From Hemiscyllium ocellatum (Eukaryota), in the NCBI RefSeq assembly GCF_020745735.1, contig NW_026867592.1, positions 62,001 to 126,000 on the forward strand: a stretch of 64,000 nucleotides of DNA, written 5' to 3'. Below the pieces are notes generated by a model. That model was given only the letters and a program-made list of their open reading frames with translations. It had not been told where the DNA came from and made no database searches. This document shows, in pieces, positions 22,811 through 36,069 of this stretch; the stretch's first letter is position 1, and every line of letters starts with the position of its first letter. The position numbers were made by a program, and so were the translations under genes.

Positions 22811-24360
22811 AGCCGAATCATCCCACTCCTCAGAATCTATTTGTCTCCCTACACACCAAATCCCCCTCCACACTTCACTGAATCTGCATGTCTCCTCATC
22901 CCCACACCCAAGGCTCTGCGTGTCTCCCTCACCACACCCCCAACACAACACAGTCCGACTCCCACAGTCTGAGTGACTCCCTCCCCACACGTCCACATCT
23001 CCAGTTCCCAGAGTTCGAGTTTCTCCCACACTGCACACCCACATTCCCACTCCCCAGATTCTGTGCTTCACCCTCCCCGACACCCACATTCCAACTCCCA
23101 GAGTCTGTGTGTCTTCCTCCATCCACGCCCCCATTCCCCGTCCCAAGAGTTTGAGTTTCTCCAAACCCCACACCCCCAACCCACTCCCAGAGTCTGCGTG
23201 TCTCCCTTCCCCTCATAGTCACACCCCTTCTCCCCAGCATCGAAGTTTGTCTCTCACCCCACACCCCAAACTACACTTCCCGAATCTGTATGGCTCCCCC
23301 ACACCCGACTCACAGCAATCCCCATTACCAGAGTCTCTATGGCTTCTGTCCCCGCCCATACACACACACCATCAAACTCCCAGAGACTGAAGGCTTCCCT
23401 CTCTCCACGACCCCATTTCCAGCTCCCAGAGTTTCCCAGAGTGTGTTTCTCCAACACCACCTCATTCCCACTCCCCAGAGTCTGTGTGTCTCCTTTCTCC
23501 CACACCCCATCCCTACTCCCAGAGTCTGTGGGTCTCACTTCATCCCCACAACGCCATCCCCACTCCCCGAGTCCGTGCATCTCCCTCCCCAACACCTCCA
23601 ATCCCTCTCCCAGAGTCCGTGTGTCTCCTTCCTCCCACACCCCCTTCCTCGCTCCCAGAGTCTGTGTGTCTCCCTTCACTCCCACATCCCCATCCCCACT
23701 CCAGAGTCTGTGCGTCTCCCTACCACCACACCTCTAACCCCACTCCTAGAGTCTGTTGTCAAAATCCCACAACATCTCCATCCCCACTCTCAGAGTCTGT
23801 GTGTTTCTCGCCCCCATCTTTAATCCCAGAGTCCGTGTGATTCCCTCCTCCTACACCCAACTCCCCACTCCAGTGTCTATGCATCTCTTCACCCATGCTC
23901 ATCCCAACTTCCATAGTCTGTGTATCTTCCTCCCGCAACATCTCCACCCCCTTGCAGAGTCTATGTGTTTCCCTCTCCCTCACACACCCATCCCCACTCC
24001 CAAGGTCTGTGAGTCTCCCTCCCTCTACACCACCATTTCCACTCCTAGAGTCTGTGTGTCTCCCTGTCCCCCACTGCCCCACCCCCACTCCCTGGGTTTC
24101 TCTGTCTCCCTCCACTCCCCATTCCCCATCCCCACTCCCAGAATCTGTGTGCTCCCCTTTACCCCACAACCCCATTCCCACTCGGTAGAGTGTGTTTATC
24201 ACCCTCCCCACACACCCCCATCCTGACTCCCAAAGACTATGTCTCCCTCTCCCCCCACACTGCCATTTGCACTCCCGGAGTCTGTGTGTCTCCCTGGTCC
24301 ACACATCTCCATCCCCACTCCCTAGAGTTTGTGCTTCTCCATCCACACCTCCCCACACTG
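22810..24360. repeat. C-rich degenerate minisatellite block (cccactcccagagtctgtgtgtctccc)
   Basis: Dozens of imperfect copies with strong C/G strand skew; explains the many Pro/His/Ser and Gly/Glu ORFs. Confidence 0.9.
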
Positions 24361-25175
24361 CTGAAGGCTGCAGAATATAGAATCTAAAACCGATTTTTTT
24401 AAAAAAACTTTATCATAAGAAAAAGTAACAAAAAGTGCAAGATCAGAAATATTAAAAGGTACAGTTGAAGTGCTCCAGATTTTGAGAATTCAATGATCTT
24501 GTTAGATGGTTTGGAGATTCATCCAACAACGTCCTGGAGTCAGACTGTTAAACCGAGTTCGAAGGTTGATTTGTAAATGTTACATCAACGTGATTGCATA
24601 CCGCCCCATGAACTTGTTTCCAGATATAGGCCACATTGGCAGATGTTTCCTCAGACTGTTTCCCCCGGGTATTTATTTTCTGGTCAGAAGTGAAATGGGT
24701 GGCACACAGAAACAGGAAGTTTTGGGTCAGCTGAGAATGACACACCGGGCAACAATTCCCTGTTATCAGTGCAAGCAGTCTTCCTGCCTGTGGGGGTGAA
24801 CACACACTGACAGCATCAAAACCAAATAGGCAGATTACGGTTGGTTTCAACATTGTATTCAATTCCATTCTCAGTTTCCACAATGAAACATAAAACACCC
24901 AAGATTATTTAAGCTAAATTACATTAACTGTCCGCTGAGAGTTATCACTGGGCGAAACAGGCCAAAGGACAAGTAATAATTTCATTTGCAATTCTCTGTT
25001 TAAACCTTTCACAAACTTCGGCGATATCTCAGGTCAAAGCAAGAAGAGATTGTATCAATGCACAGGTATTTCTACCTTGTACCTATCTTCAGTCATATTT
25101 TGCTGTTCTCTTTTTGCTTTCATTCATGTAAGATATCAAGAACAAATTTAAGATTTCAGTAAGCGAATCACAGGT

Positions 25176-25570
25176 GAGGTTCTGGTGGACTGGACATGTT
25201 GATTCCGCTTGCACAAGAAGGGTAGTAGGGATATTCCAGAGCTTGACGTCAGTGCTGGGAAAGTGCTGGAGAATGTACTGAGGGATGAAATCCATTTACC
25301 TTTGGAAAAGAATAGGATTATCAGTGATAGACAATGTGGTTTTGTATGGGGGAGATTGTGCCTTGCCAATTTAGTAGAGTTGTTGAGGAAGTGACCAAAT
25401 AGATAGATGAAGGAAAGGCTGGCACGGTAGATTCATTTAGGGTGCGTCTGAACAGATACATGAGGAGGATACAGATTCTTAGGAATTGAGTGATAGGTTT
25501 AGATAGTGAATTTGGATCTGCACACGCTTGGACGGCGGAAGGGACTGTTCCTGGGATGTTAATTTACTTT
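25176..25570 (+). mobile_element. CR1 RT and 3' remnant left after deletion
   Basis: HKKGSRDIPE...SAGKVLENVLRDEIHLPLEKNRIISDRQCGFVWGRLCLANL; its 5' part survives only in copy 2. Confidence 0.6.
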
Positions 25571-26779
25571 GTTCATTGTTCTTCCTTGTGTAGTAATGGA
25601 CATTAAAGTAGATATTTCAGAATATGCCGCAGAGATCATTTCTGCAGTGTAAGAAAACAAAACCTAAGGAAAGCAATCACAATCCCTGTTTCAAAATAAA
25701 ATACTGGAACCAAACTGAGAATAAATCTATATTGTTGCACACTGATAGGGGGTAGACCTGAAGATTTGACAGATATAGGAAAGTGGAAGAATATAAGTTT
25801 AATAAGGAAACAAGTATCAGACTAAAAGTTAGAGTTAGCTAGTTAGATTAAATAGACAGAGACATTACTGACAGGTTTTAAAATATAATTAACAATATGG
25901 AGGTTGGTGTTGTGGACAGTGAGTCAGTGAAACTAGCAACAAAAAGGAAATGGTCAATTCATTGTATAGGTACATTGCGACAGCCCTCTACATCAAAAAT
26001 AGGTGGAAAATCAGGAAAACCAAAGAAGGTTGAGATAGAATTGAAATTACAATCGCCGCTCAAGCGTTCCTGATAAAATAGTTATAGCCTGGATAAGGGT
26101 TCAAATTCATGCTCGGAATATTCACAGAAAACTGACTCACAAAATGTTTCATGCATTAGTTTTTAGTTTCCAAAATCAGGGAATGTTCTATGCGATTGCA
26201 AAATTGTGAATTGAAATCCTTCATTAAAAGGGGCAGATACAGAAAGCAGAAGTTATTTGACAGTTAAGTCAGCTTCTGGCATAAGGAGTAAGATAGAAAC
26301 TATTATCAGGAACGGTCAAGTTAATCAGATGGAATCAATATGACTTTGTAATGTCAACATCATGCCTGCAGTTCATTGCAGATTTCTGACGACTTTGAGC
26401 GTGTGCAGTTGATAAAGGAACAGCAGTTCATGTAATGTATTTAGATACAGGAGTCATTGAAACATAAAAAATATGGACCAAGAGTAGGCTATACACATCA
26501 CGAGCTTGTCCTGTGATTCAATACAATCAGGGCTAATAAAAGTCCAGTGAACTTTCACAACACTCCCTCCATGGTGACAACAGCTTTCCAGACATAAGGA
26601 AAACTTAATTGCACTCCGTTCACCAATTGTAGTCTAGCCAAACTCCTATGCAACTAAAGCAACACTTCATTGCTCCAGCGTTCAAATTATCCTGTAGTAA
26701 GGGCTAACATTCTATTAATCTTCCAAATGTGTATTGAATAAAGGGTCACATCAAACATTTTTCTGGTGGATAATTAAAC

Positions 26780-27835
26780 AACTCATCGGAGGGGTAGGAT
26801 ATTTCTATCGTTCCTGATGGAGAGCACAACACATCAGTGTAAAAGTTAAGGCTGAAGCATTCACAGCAATCTATCGTCAGAAATGCCAATTGTACGATCC
26901 ATCTCGGCTTCGTCCGATTATCAGCAATATTACCGATTCATGTTTTCAGCCAATTTGCTTCTCTCCACGTGATAACAAGACATTCTGGGAAGCTCTGCTT
27001 ACTCAAACGTTATGTAGCCGACAAAAGTACTGATGGTTTTAGCGAGGCAAGCACTTCCAGCGTAGCTGCAACGATGGCAAAAATCCAACAACATGTGAAA
27101 TAGTTGAATAGTGTGTTGCTGGAAAAGCGCAACAGGCCAGGCAGCATCCGAGGAGCAGGAGAATCGACGTTTCGGGCATAATCCCTTCTTCAGTAATCAG
27201 GACTCCTGAAAAGGGCTTAAGCCTGATTCATCGATTCCCCTGCTCCTCGGATGCTGCCTGGCCTGCTGCACGTTTCCAGCACCACACTTTTCAACTCTGG
27301 TCTCCAGCATCTGCAGTCCTCACTTTCCCCCAGTCTGGGAAATAGACTAGCCATTTCCTGAGCACAGAAAGCAGGACAATCCAATCTGACCAATTTCTGC
27401 TCCCATGCTCGGTCATGAGTTGGGTGTGTGAAAATGCCATCAACAGAGCAATCAAGCAGCACTGGCTCAGCAATAACCTGCTCAGTGACATGAAATGTGG
27501 GTTACGCAATCTCCACTCAGCTCCTGACCGAATTCCACACTTGATTTATGCATACACAAAGAACTGATTCCCTGAAGCGCGGGCAGAGAGACAGCACTTG
27601 ACTTAAACGTCGCATTCACCCGAGATTAATATTACAGGGCCCGACGAGAACTGGAATCAGTGAGTATCAGATGACAAACTCTCTGTTGCCTGGAGTCGTA
27701 CCTCGTACATTGAAAGATGGATCTGATTGTTGGAGGTCAATCCTCTCAGCTCAAGGACACCTCCATTCGAGTTCCTGAAGGAAGTATCCTTGGCCGAAGC
27801 ACCTTCAGCTGTGTCATCAATCATCCTCATTTCAT
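26780..27835 (+). mobile_element. Degenerate non-LTR RT fragment (CR1/L2 group), interrupted by PLE-tail palindrome
   Basis: gcacttgacttaaacgtcgcattc (ALDxxxAF relic); continues to a degenerate FADD-type region in copy 2 (56210-56250). Confidence 0.45.
27101..27330. mobile_element. Head-to-head pair of hammerhead-bearing PLE-type tails (palindrome); paralog at 55170-55395
   Basis: Arms 27102-27166 and 27231-27296 are near reverse complements; CUGAAGA/GAAA core on minus, degenerate core on plus. Confidence 0.7.
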
Positions 27836-27971
27836 CATCAGGAATCAGGAAAAAAAATGGTGACAATGTAACAATAGTCAATGGAACAATACCAAAATAG
27901 CTGGTTTACTAATTACCATTAGAAAATCCGTCTACTGCATTTACCTCATCAGCCAACATCATGGATGGCAA

Positions 27972-28233
27972 TGCTGTCTCACAGCGCCAGGATCCTGGGT
28001 TCGATTTCCCCCCTGTCTGCTTGGGGTTTGCACATTCTCACTGTGTCTGCTTGGGTTTCCTCCCACAATCCAAAGCTGTGCAGGCCAGATGAATTGGCCA
28101 CGCTAAATTCCCCACAGTGTTCTGTGCCCTAGTCAGCAGTAAGAAAGGGTAGAGTGATGGGTTTCTCTTCGGAGGGGCGGTCTGGACTTGTTGGGCCAAA
28201 GGGCCTGCTTCCACATTGTAGAGAATCTAATCA
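27972..28233 (+). mobile_element. tRNA-derived SINE, diverged; paralog 57265-57537
   Basis: gctgtctcacagcgccaggatcctgggttcgatttcc head, gaatctaatc tail. Confidence 0.7.
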
Positions 28234-29334
28234 TCAGACTCCACACCCACTGTCAGGTTCCTGATGATTTCTGAAGTGGCATTAGCAAGTGACACAGTGG
28301 GTAATTAGGGAGAGGGTCCCACTGATGACTGAACCTGCAACATCTACGTTTCATGATAGATTAAAAGAAAATATAAGCGCGACTAAACCTCACAACAACA
28401 ATATCGACTAAATGAAATTGTTGTGGCAGTTCTTGATCTCACTTCAACTATTTTATATGGATATTCTAAAATGCACGTTGAGCTATGTTGCATTGTTGGA
28501 AATTTTACCGTCTAAAGGGACGACAATATAAATCAATGTTCAAAGTGGATCCAATTAGACAGAAATGTTTCATTGCATGAACTTCCAGAATTCAAATATT
28601 CAGCTAAATTAAAATGTTGAATTATGTTTATCTTCCAGATATAAATAATATCTGTTGCAATTCATAGTCATGAAATTTGCATTCACTTCTGCAAACTGTC
28701 AACGTTCTTCAAATAAACTTGGTTTGATTTGAAACTTATCATTTGAAACTTCGTTCATCTGGCTTTACTGTCATCAACTCTGCTTTGAAACCAGTGAAGT
28801 GTTTATGTAAATAAACACAGAAATAGAACTCTCAGAATAGATGACAGAACAACAAAACCCCAGGTTATATTTCCCCACAAGCACAGTACACAAATAATGG
28901 CAAATATGCAAATAAAACAACGGATTTTTAAATCTTATTTTTCATTTGTGGGACCTGGGCATCTCTTGGCTGGCTCGCATTGATCCCTATTTGCCCTCGA
29001 GAAGGTGATGGTCAGCTGCCTTCTTGAATCGCTGTTGTGGATTGACCCATTATGCCAGTGAGGAGGGAATTTCCATACTAATTGTAGTTCATCCCTTAAA
29101 ATATAAAAGTTGTCTGATTCTAAAATCACAGTGATATCAATTTCCATGCTTAGTCCAAAAAAAAACTTCAATTTTGAGATTGATTGGCACAGCTAACGTT
29201 TCTTTCTCTGTCTCTCTTTCGCTTTTCCACTCCAGCCTTCCCCCATTTTTTATATCTGATGCCGTGTTTTGCATTTCCACAATCAGACAATGTTTTCATA
29301 AATAACATAAAGTCAACGCCTCACCAACATATTG

Positions 29335-32300
29335 GCTCATAGTGTCATAGCGATGTCCAGCGTGGAAACAGACCCTTTGGTCAGACTCGTCCATGCAGAA
29401 CAAATATCCCAACCCAATCTAATCCCACCTGCCAGCACCCGGCCCATATCCCTCCAAACCCTTCCTATTCATAAATCTCGTTAGATGCCTTTTAAATGTT
29501 GCAATTGTACCAGCTTCCATCACTTCCTGTGGCAACTCATTCCATATATGTACCACACTTTACGTGAAATAATTGCCCCTTAGGTCCCTTTTACATCTTT
29601 CCCCTCTCACCCTAAACCTACGCCATCTAGTTCTGGACTCACCCACCCAGGGAAAAAACTTTCCCTATTTATCCTATCCATGCCCCGCATGATTTTATAA
29701 ACCTCGATGAGGTCACCCCTCAGCATCTGAAGCTCCAGGGAGAACAACCATAACCTATTCAATCTCTCCCTGTAGCTCAAATCCTCTAAACTTGGCAACA
29801 TCCTTGTAAATCTTTTTTGAACATTTTTGATGTTTCACAATATCCTTCCTAAAGAAAGGAGACCAGAATTGCATTAAATATTCCAACCGTGACCCTAATC
29901 AATGTCCTGTACAGTTGCAACATGACCTCTCAACACCCTTACCAATAAAGGAAAGCATACCAATTGCCTTCTTCACAATCGTATCGAACTTGCGACTATA
30001 CGTTCAAGGCGCTATGAAACTGCACTCAAAGGTCTCTTTGCTCAGCAACGCTATCTAAGACCTTGCCATTAAGTGTATAAGTCCTGCTAAGATTTGCTTT
30101 CCCACAATGCAGCACCTCGCATTTACCTGAATTAAAATCCAACTGTCACTCCTCAGCCCATTGTCCCATCTGATCAAGATCCCATTGAAACCTGAGATAA
30201 GCTTCTTCATTGTCCACTACATATCCAATAATGGTGTCATTTGCAAACTTACTAACTATGCCTCTTATGCTCGCATCCAAATCATTTATATCAATGATTA
30301 AAATTACTGGACCCAGCACCGATCCTTGTGGCACTCCACTGGTCACAGGCCTCCAGTCTGAAAAACATCCCTCCACCACCATCATCTGTCTTCTACCTTT
30401 GAGCCAGTTCTGTATCCACATGGTTAGTTCTGCCTCTATTCTGTGAGATCTTACCTTGCTAACCAATCTCCCTTGGGGAACCTTGTTGAACGACTTACTG
30501 AATTCCATATAGATCACGTCCACTGCTCTAGTCTCAAAAATCCTCTTGGTAACTTCTTCAAAAAACTCAATCACGTTTGTGAGACATGATCTCCCACGCA
30601 TAAAGCCATGTTGTAGATCCCGAGTCAGTCCTTACCTTTCCAAGTGCATGTACATCCTGTAACTCATAATTCCCTCCAAAGTCCTTCCCACCACCAACGT
30701 CACGCTCACTGTTCTATAGTTCCCTGACTTGTCCTTACCATTTCATAAACAGTGGATCCACGTCAGCCAACCTCCAATCTTCCAGCACCTCACCTGTGAC
30801 TATTAATTACACAAATGCCTCAGCAAGAGGACCAGCAATCACTTCACTAGGGTCCCACAGAGTTCGAACCTACACATGATCAGGTCCTGGGGATTTATCC
30901 ACATTTATGTGTTTCAAGCTCAATTATAAAGAACCAGAAGCAGGCAATTTTGCGAATGGAGTTTTGTCTTCTATTCAATGACGTTGTGGTTGAACTGATA
31001 ATCCTCACCTCCGCTTTTCAGCCTTTCCCCAATCAGCACTGATTCTATTACCGATTCAAACTCTGCACAGTTACCCTTGAAAGTGTGCAATGGCCCAACC
31101 TCGGTGCCCTGTGGTAAAGAATTCTACAGATTCACTCCATTTTGGGAGAAGAATTTCTCTTCTGCCTCAAACCTGTGACCTCTAAGCCAGAGATTACACT
31201 CCCTGGTCCTGGACTCGCCCAAAAGTGGAAACAACATTTCTGCTTTTAACGCGCCATGTTTCCTGAAATTTCAGAATGTCACCACTGAATAATCTATGTT
31301 GCAATTGGTACAAGCTCAAACTACTCAATCTCTATTCTCAAGACAGTCCCTCCATCCTCAAGATCAGTCTGCTGAACCTCATGTGGATTGTCTCGGATTC
31401 CAGAGTATCTTTCCTATAATACAAGTCCCACAATAGTTGACAGTATTCAGCTGTGATATGACGAGAGCTTCTTTTAAGTTTTAACAAAACTTACAGTCAT
31501 ACAGTTATACAGCACAGAGGTAGATCCTTCGTTCCAACTCATCTGTGGTGAACTGAAATCCCAATTTGACCGAGTATCATATGGCAAACAGGTGACCCAT
31601 ATTTCTCTAAATGTTTCCTTCTCGTACACACATTCAGCTGCCTTTTAAATTTTAAAGTTATACTCGCCTCCACCACTTCATTTAGCAGATTTTTCTGTGT
31701 ATATACCACCATCTATGTGAAAACGTTACCCTTCAGGACCTTTTCCAACATTTCTCCTCTCGCCATAATCCTCTATCTGATTGTTTTGGACTCCCCAACA
31801 CTCTGAAAAAGACCTTGGTTATTCATCATAACAAGGCCCCTCATGATTTTCGGATCTTGTTCAGGCCAACCTTCAGCCCCCTTTCCTCGTGCTGCAGGGA
31901 AAAGAAAAACTCCAGCCTATTCAGGGTCACCTTATAGATTAAATGCTGGGAGTTTGTTTCTGGAAATGCACTGCGAGTCAGGCAGCATCCGAGGAGCAGG
32001 AAATTCGATGTTTCGGGCAAAAGCCCATCATCAGGAATGGAGGCAGGGAGCCTTCAGGTGGGTAAGTGGTGCTCAGTCCATGGAATGATCATCCATGGTC
32101 TTGCTGAACAGCGGAGCAGGCTCGTAGGGTCAGATGGCTTAATCCTTCTCACATTTCTTACGTTGTGGTATTGTTATGTTTTTACAGACCTCCGATCCAA
32201 AAGGCAACACTCCATGACCACTAAATAAAAATCAAAAGAACTGCAGATGTCGTGTGTCTGAAACAGTAAACGGAAACTGTGGAAAAACTCAGAGGCTCTG

Positions 32301-33900
32301 GCGGTATCTGTGGAGAGAAAGCTCAACTCTCCATGGTTTCCTGGTTTTCCTTTAGAGCCTTCTTAAGTAACGCCACCACATTAGCCCATCTCTGGTCTTC
32401 CAGCACCTCAGCCATGATTATCAATGATACAAACACCTCAGCAAGGGGCTCCGGAATCTCCACCTAATCTTCCCACTAAGTTCTGGGAAACACCTGATCA
32501 GATCTCAGGGATTTCAGGGATTTATCTCTGTTTTTTGGCTTCGAGACATACAGCGCCTCCTCTACTCTGAGATGAACTCTTTTTAAGGCAATACTATGTA
32601 TTTCCCAATTTCCTGAGTTTCCATGCACCTATTAATGCAAAATATTTGTTCAGTGTCTCATCCATCTCTTGTGGTCTCACACATAGGCAGCTATGGTGGT
32701 CTTTAAGCGGCTGTATTCTCTCCTTGATTATTTTCTACCCTTTCTGTATTAATGGAATCGTTTGGGATTTTCTTTAACATTATTTGTCAAAGTTACGTCA
32801 TGCCCATTTTTTACCTTCACGATTTCCGACTGCCCTTTTTTCCTTTTCCGGATTCACTCGATCCCACCTGCCTACATCTGATATATCTCTCCTATTTCTT
32901 GACCAGTGTCTCAATTTCTCCTGTCATACTGCTTTCCCTGCACCGACGAAGTTTACCCTTCACACAAACAGGAACATACCATCACTGAACTCTCATGATC
33001 TCATGCTTAAATGCTTCCCATTTCCCAACCGTACCTTCTCCTGTGCATAGCCCGCCATCCCTAAATCAACCAGATTTTCAAAGTTCCTGTGAGATGCCAT
33101 CAAACCTGGCCTCACTCCAATTTGGAACATTCATTTTTTTAATCAATTCTACTATTTTTCATAACGGCTTTCAGACTAATAGAATTACGATTACTTGCTC
33201 CGAAGTCTGCCCCCAGGACATCTCAGTCACTACTCAGTTTCGGAACAGAAGTTCAAGTATTGCACAACCTCTAGTCAGTGCTTCCATATATTGAATACGA
33301 AATCTTCCTTGTATAAACCTAACCAATTACTCCCCATCCAAGACCTTAACACAATGACAGTCCCAAAAATTGGAAAGTCAAAAATCACTGACCATAATCC
33401 GATTGTTCTTACATATAGCTGAGATCTCCTTACATATTCACTTGCGAAAGTCCAGTTGACTATTGGGAGGACTATATTACACTTCCAGTAAGGTGATCAC
33501 CCCATTTCTCAAAATTAGGTTCCATCTATGTAACGTCACTGGGCAGTCTCCCAGAATTTCCTCGCAGCATCCAGCCAAACTGTGCTTCTGAAGCAGTACC
33601 ACTCCTCCTCCACTCTTGTTTTCCCCCTCACCCTGTCTATCCTTTATATAGCATCTACACTCCTGAAGATTAAGCGGCCAGTCCTGTTCATCCCTGAGCC
33701 ACATTTCTGTAATGGTTACGATACCCCCATCCCAAATTCCCATCCATGCCCTATGTTCACCTGCCCCGTCTGTCAGGCCTCTTGCACTCAAGTAAATGCT
33801 GCTTTGCAGTCTTACCTCATTTATGCCAAACTGTTGCCTGTCTTGACTCTTCGAATGGTTCACCGTGTCTATTTTACCATCCTCAACCTTTTCCTTTTTC
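29335..33900 (-). mobile_element. Large degenerate CR1 ORF2 (endonuclease to RT to 3' tail) with nested inserts
   Basis: EN relic IYLSARGLTDGAGEHRAW...ITEMWL (33477-33863); RT RGRSCLTNVIEFFEEVT...SGVPQGSVLGP...KFANDT (30146-30601); C-terminal relic 29607-29801. Confidence 0.75.
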
Positions 33901-34389
33901 TCACTATTGCATTGAGTCTCACCATCACCCTTACCAGCTTGAAGCCTTCAGGGTATCACGAGAAAGTTTTCCCATAACAGTGTTGGTCCCTTTCCAATTC
34001 AAGTGAAACCTGTCCCTCTTAAAGATGTCATTTCTGTTGATGAAGAGATCTCAATGATCGGGAAATGTGAATCCTAGCCCTTGCAACAGCTCCTCAGCCG
34101 CGCATTTTTCTGCTCGTTTTTTTTTATTATTCCAACTCTCAATATTCCATTAGTTTTTAAACAAAGCCCAACATTATGTTTGCCTTTGTTGCAGTTAAAA
34201 TTAAAAACTGGCATTTCGTCATTCTGTGATGAGGATTCCCAAATCTGTTCGTAGATTTCAGAATTCAATCTTTATGTAAATAATATTCAGTTGCTCTACC
34301 TTTCCTGCTAAAATTCATAACTTCATTTTTATGTCATTTCTGATTTATTTCACCCCATTATATTAATATGCAAAGTTTCTTGTTCCCTC

Positions 34390-34900
34390 TCTTTTCCAAT
34401 CTATCACCCTCTGCAAACTGTTTTGCTTCATACCCACCACTTACCTCCTCTACAATTTTCGTGTCATTTGCCAACTTGTCTGCAGTACATTCACTTCCCT
34501 CATCTAAGTCGTTAAAATACTTTGTTAATATTTGTGTCCCCTGAAACGGATTTATGTGGTATCCACCAGCTACAGATTGACATCCTGTAATGTTAAATGT
34601 GGAATCAAACACTCTTACGCTTGTGATTTCCACAATCTTCTCCCCGTGGCAACACAATACCTCAGAAACCACAGGCTGTTATCTTGTTAAATAATCTTAC
34701 GTGTGGTACCTTATTAAATGTCTTCAGAAAACAAAAAAAATCACAAATTCCTCCTTATTCTCAAAGAATTCTAACACATTTATCAAGCAAGATTTCCCTT
34801 TTGTAAATCCATTCTCAGTCCTCTTGATCATGTCATGTACTTTTAAATGCTCTGGTGTGACGTGCTTTATTATAGACGACGTAATTTTTCCAATAAATGA
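34390..34900 (-). mobile_element. CR1 RT fragment
   Basis: YFNDLDEGSECTADKLANDTKI (ORF 34358-34672). Confidence 0.5.
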
Positions 34901-35439
34901 TGTTAATTATCCAATAATGGCCTCAGTCAGACTTTTTTGTGTCCTTACTTTTTTTGAGTGAAGATGTTACCTTGTCACTTTGCCAATCTCGTCATACTTT
35001 CCTGAAACCTAATGATTATTGTAAAGTTAACTAGTGCATCCAACACATTTTTTTTCTTACTTATTTTTCTATCTTGGATTGCACCGCATTAGTTCCAATG
35101 CATTTTGCGGTAAATACTCCTGTAAATTTCTCTGACGTTTTCTTTTTAGTGAAAGTCATTGTATTGCATTGCTCACCGTTTCTTTTGCCATTCATTATTT
35201 CTTAATTATAGAATGTTCATTGCTTGCTACTTTCACGGCAGATGCTGACTATTTATTCATCTTTTCTGTCATTTCGTGGTTCCCAGTCAGGAATTCCCAG
35301 CTTCATTCAATATGGGCCTATATTCACGTTGGTTTTTCTCTTCAGTTCTTTCTATTTAAGAATGCTCTTGCCGTCCACTTTAATATCAGCCGTGGTTTCA
35401 CTTTCGATGTTTACCTTCTCCCGCCTTATTAATCTCTAC

Positions 35440-35570
35440 ATAGAACATAGAACATTACAGCGCAGTACAGGCCCTTCGGCCCTCCATGTTGCGCCGCCCT
35501 GTCATACTAATCTGAAGCCCATCCCACCTACACTATTCCATGCACGTCCATTTGCCTGTCCAATTTGCAG
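35440..35570 (-). mobile_element. Short CR1 3' tail
   Basis: catagaacatagaacattacagcgcagtacaggcccttcggccc. Confidence 0.55.
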
Positions 35571-36069
35571 GCTTATTGATATTTCTATAAACATTCCGAA
35601 TGTTCTGCTCACCGAAAATATTTCCCACATTTTATGTTTTCCTTTTAATTCAATTTGTTGCTATTTGCAACTCTTCTACATAAACATAATGCACTCGTCC
35701 CCTTCCTAGATTTCTTCCTTCTCACTTGAATTATATCATTACTGTGAGCGTTGAACTGTTTCTCTGAATGGATTGCCATTGTTCTTCACATTGTTCCCGT
35801 TTCCTGGTCCATCCCAGCAAACTCTGCCCTCATCCGTTTACAATTGCACTTATATAAGCTGAGCACATTTGTTTCGGATGTAAGATTCTCCCTATCCAAA
35901 TGAATGCTCAAACCTTGCTGTTCCGAGGCAATCTTTCAGTCTGTCACCACTCATAAAATCTGACTCATTGCACATTACCAGATTCAGTACATCAAGATTT
36001 CAGGTTGAACCACGATATACTGTTTCAGGGATCTGTATGAATTCTTCTTTGTGACTACCTTTGTTGATA

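Larger units (their letters stand above)
22995..34380. repeat. Segmental duplication, copy 1
   Basis: Colinear with 48978-64000 (e.g. ORF pairs 24190/49974, 27217/55281, 33477/63095; 34361-34380 equals 63981-64000). Confidence 0.95.

Noticed and set aside
22810-24360. Switch region
   Set aside because: Located upstream of VH rather than between J and C, and poor in AGCT/WGCW
22778-24387. Many long Pro/His/Ser- and Gly/Glu-rich ORFs (also 48968-50171)
   Set aside because: Open in most frames because of low-complexity repeat composition
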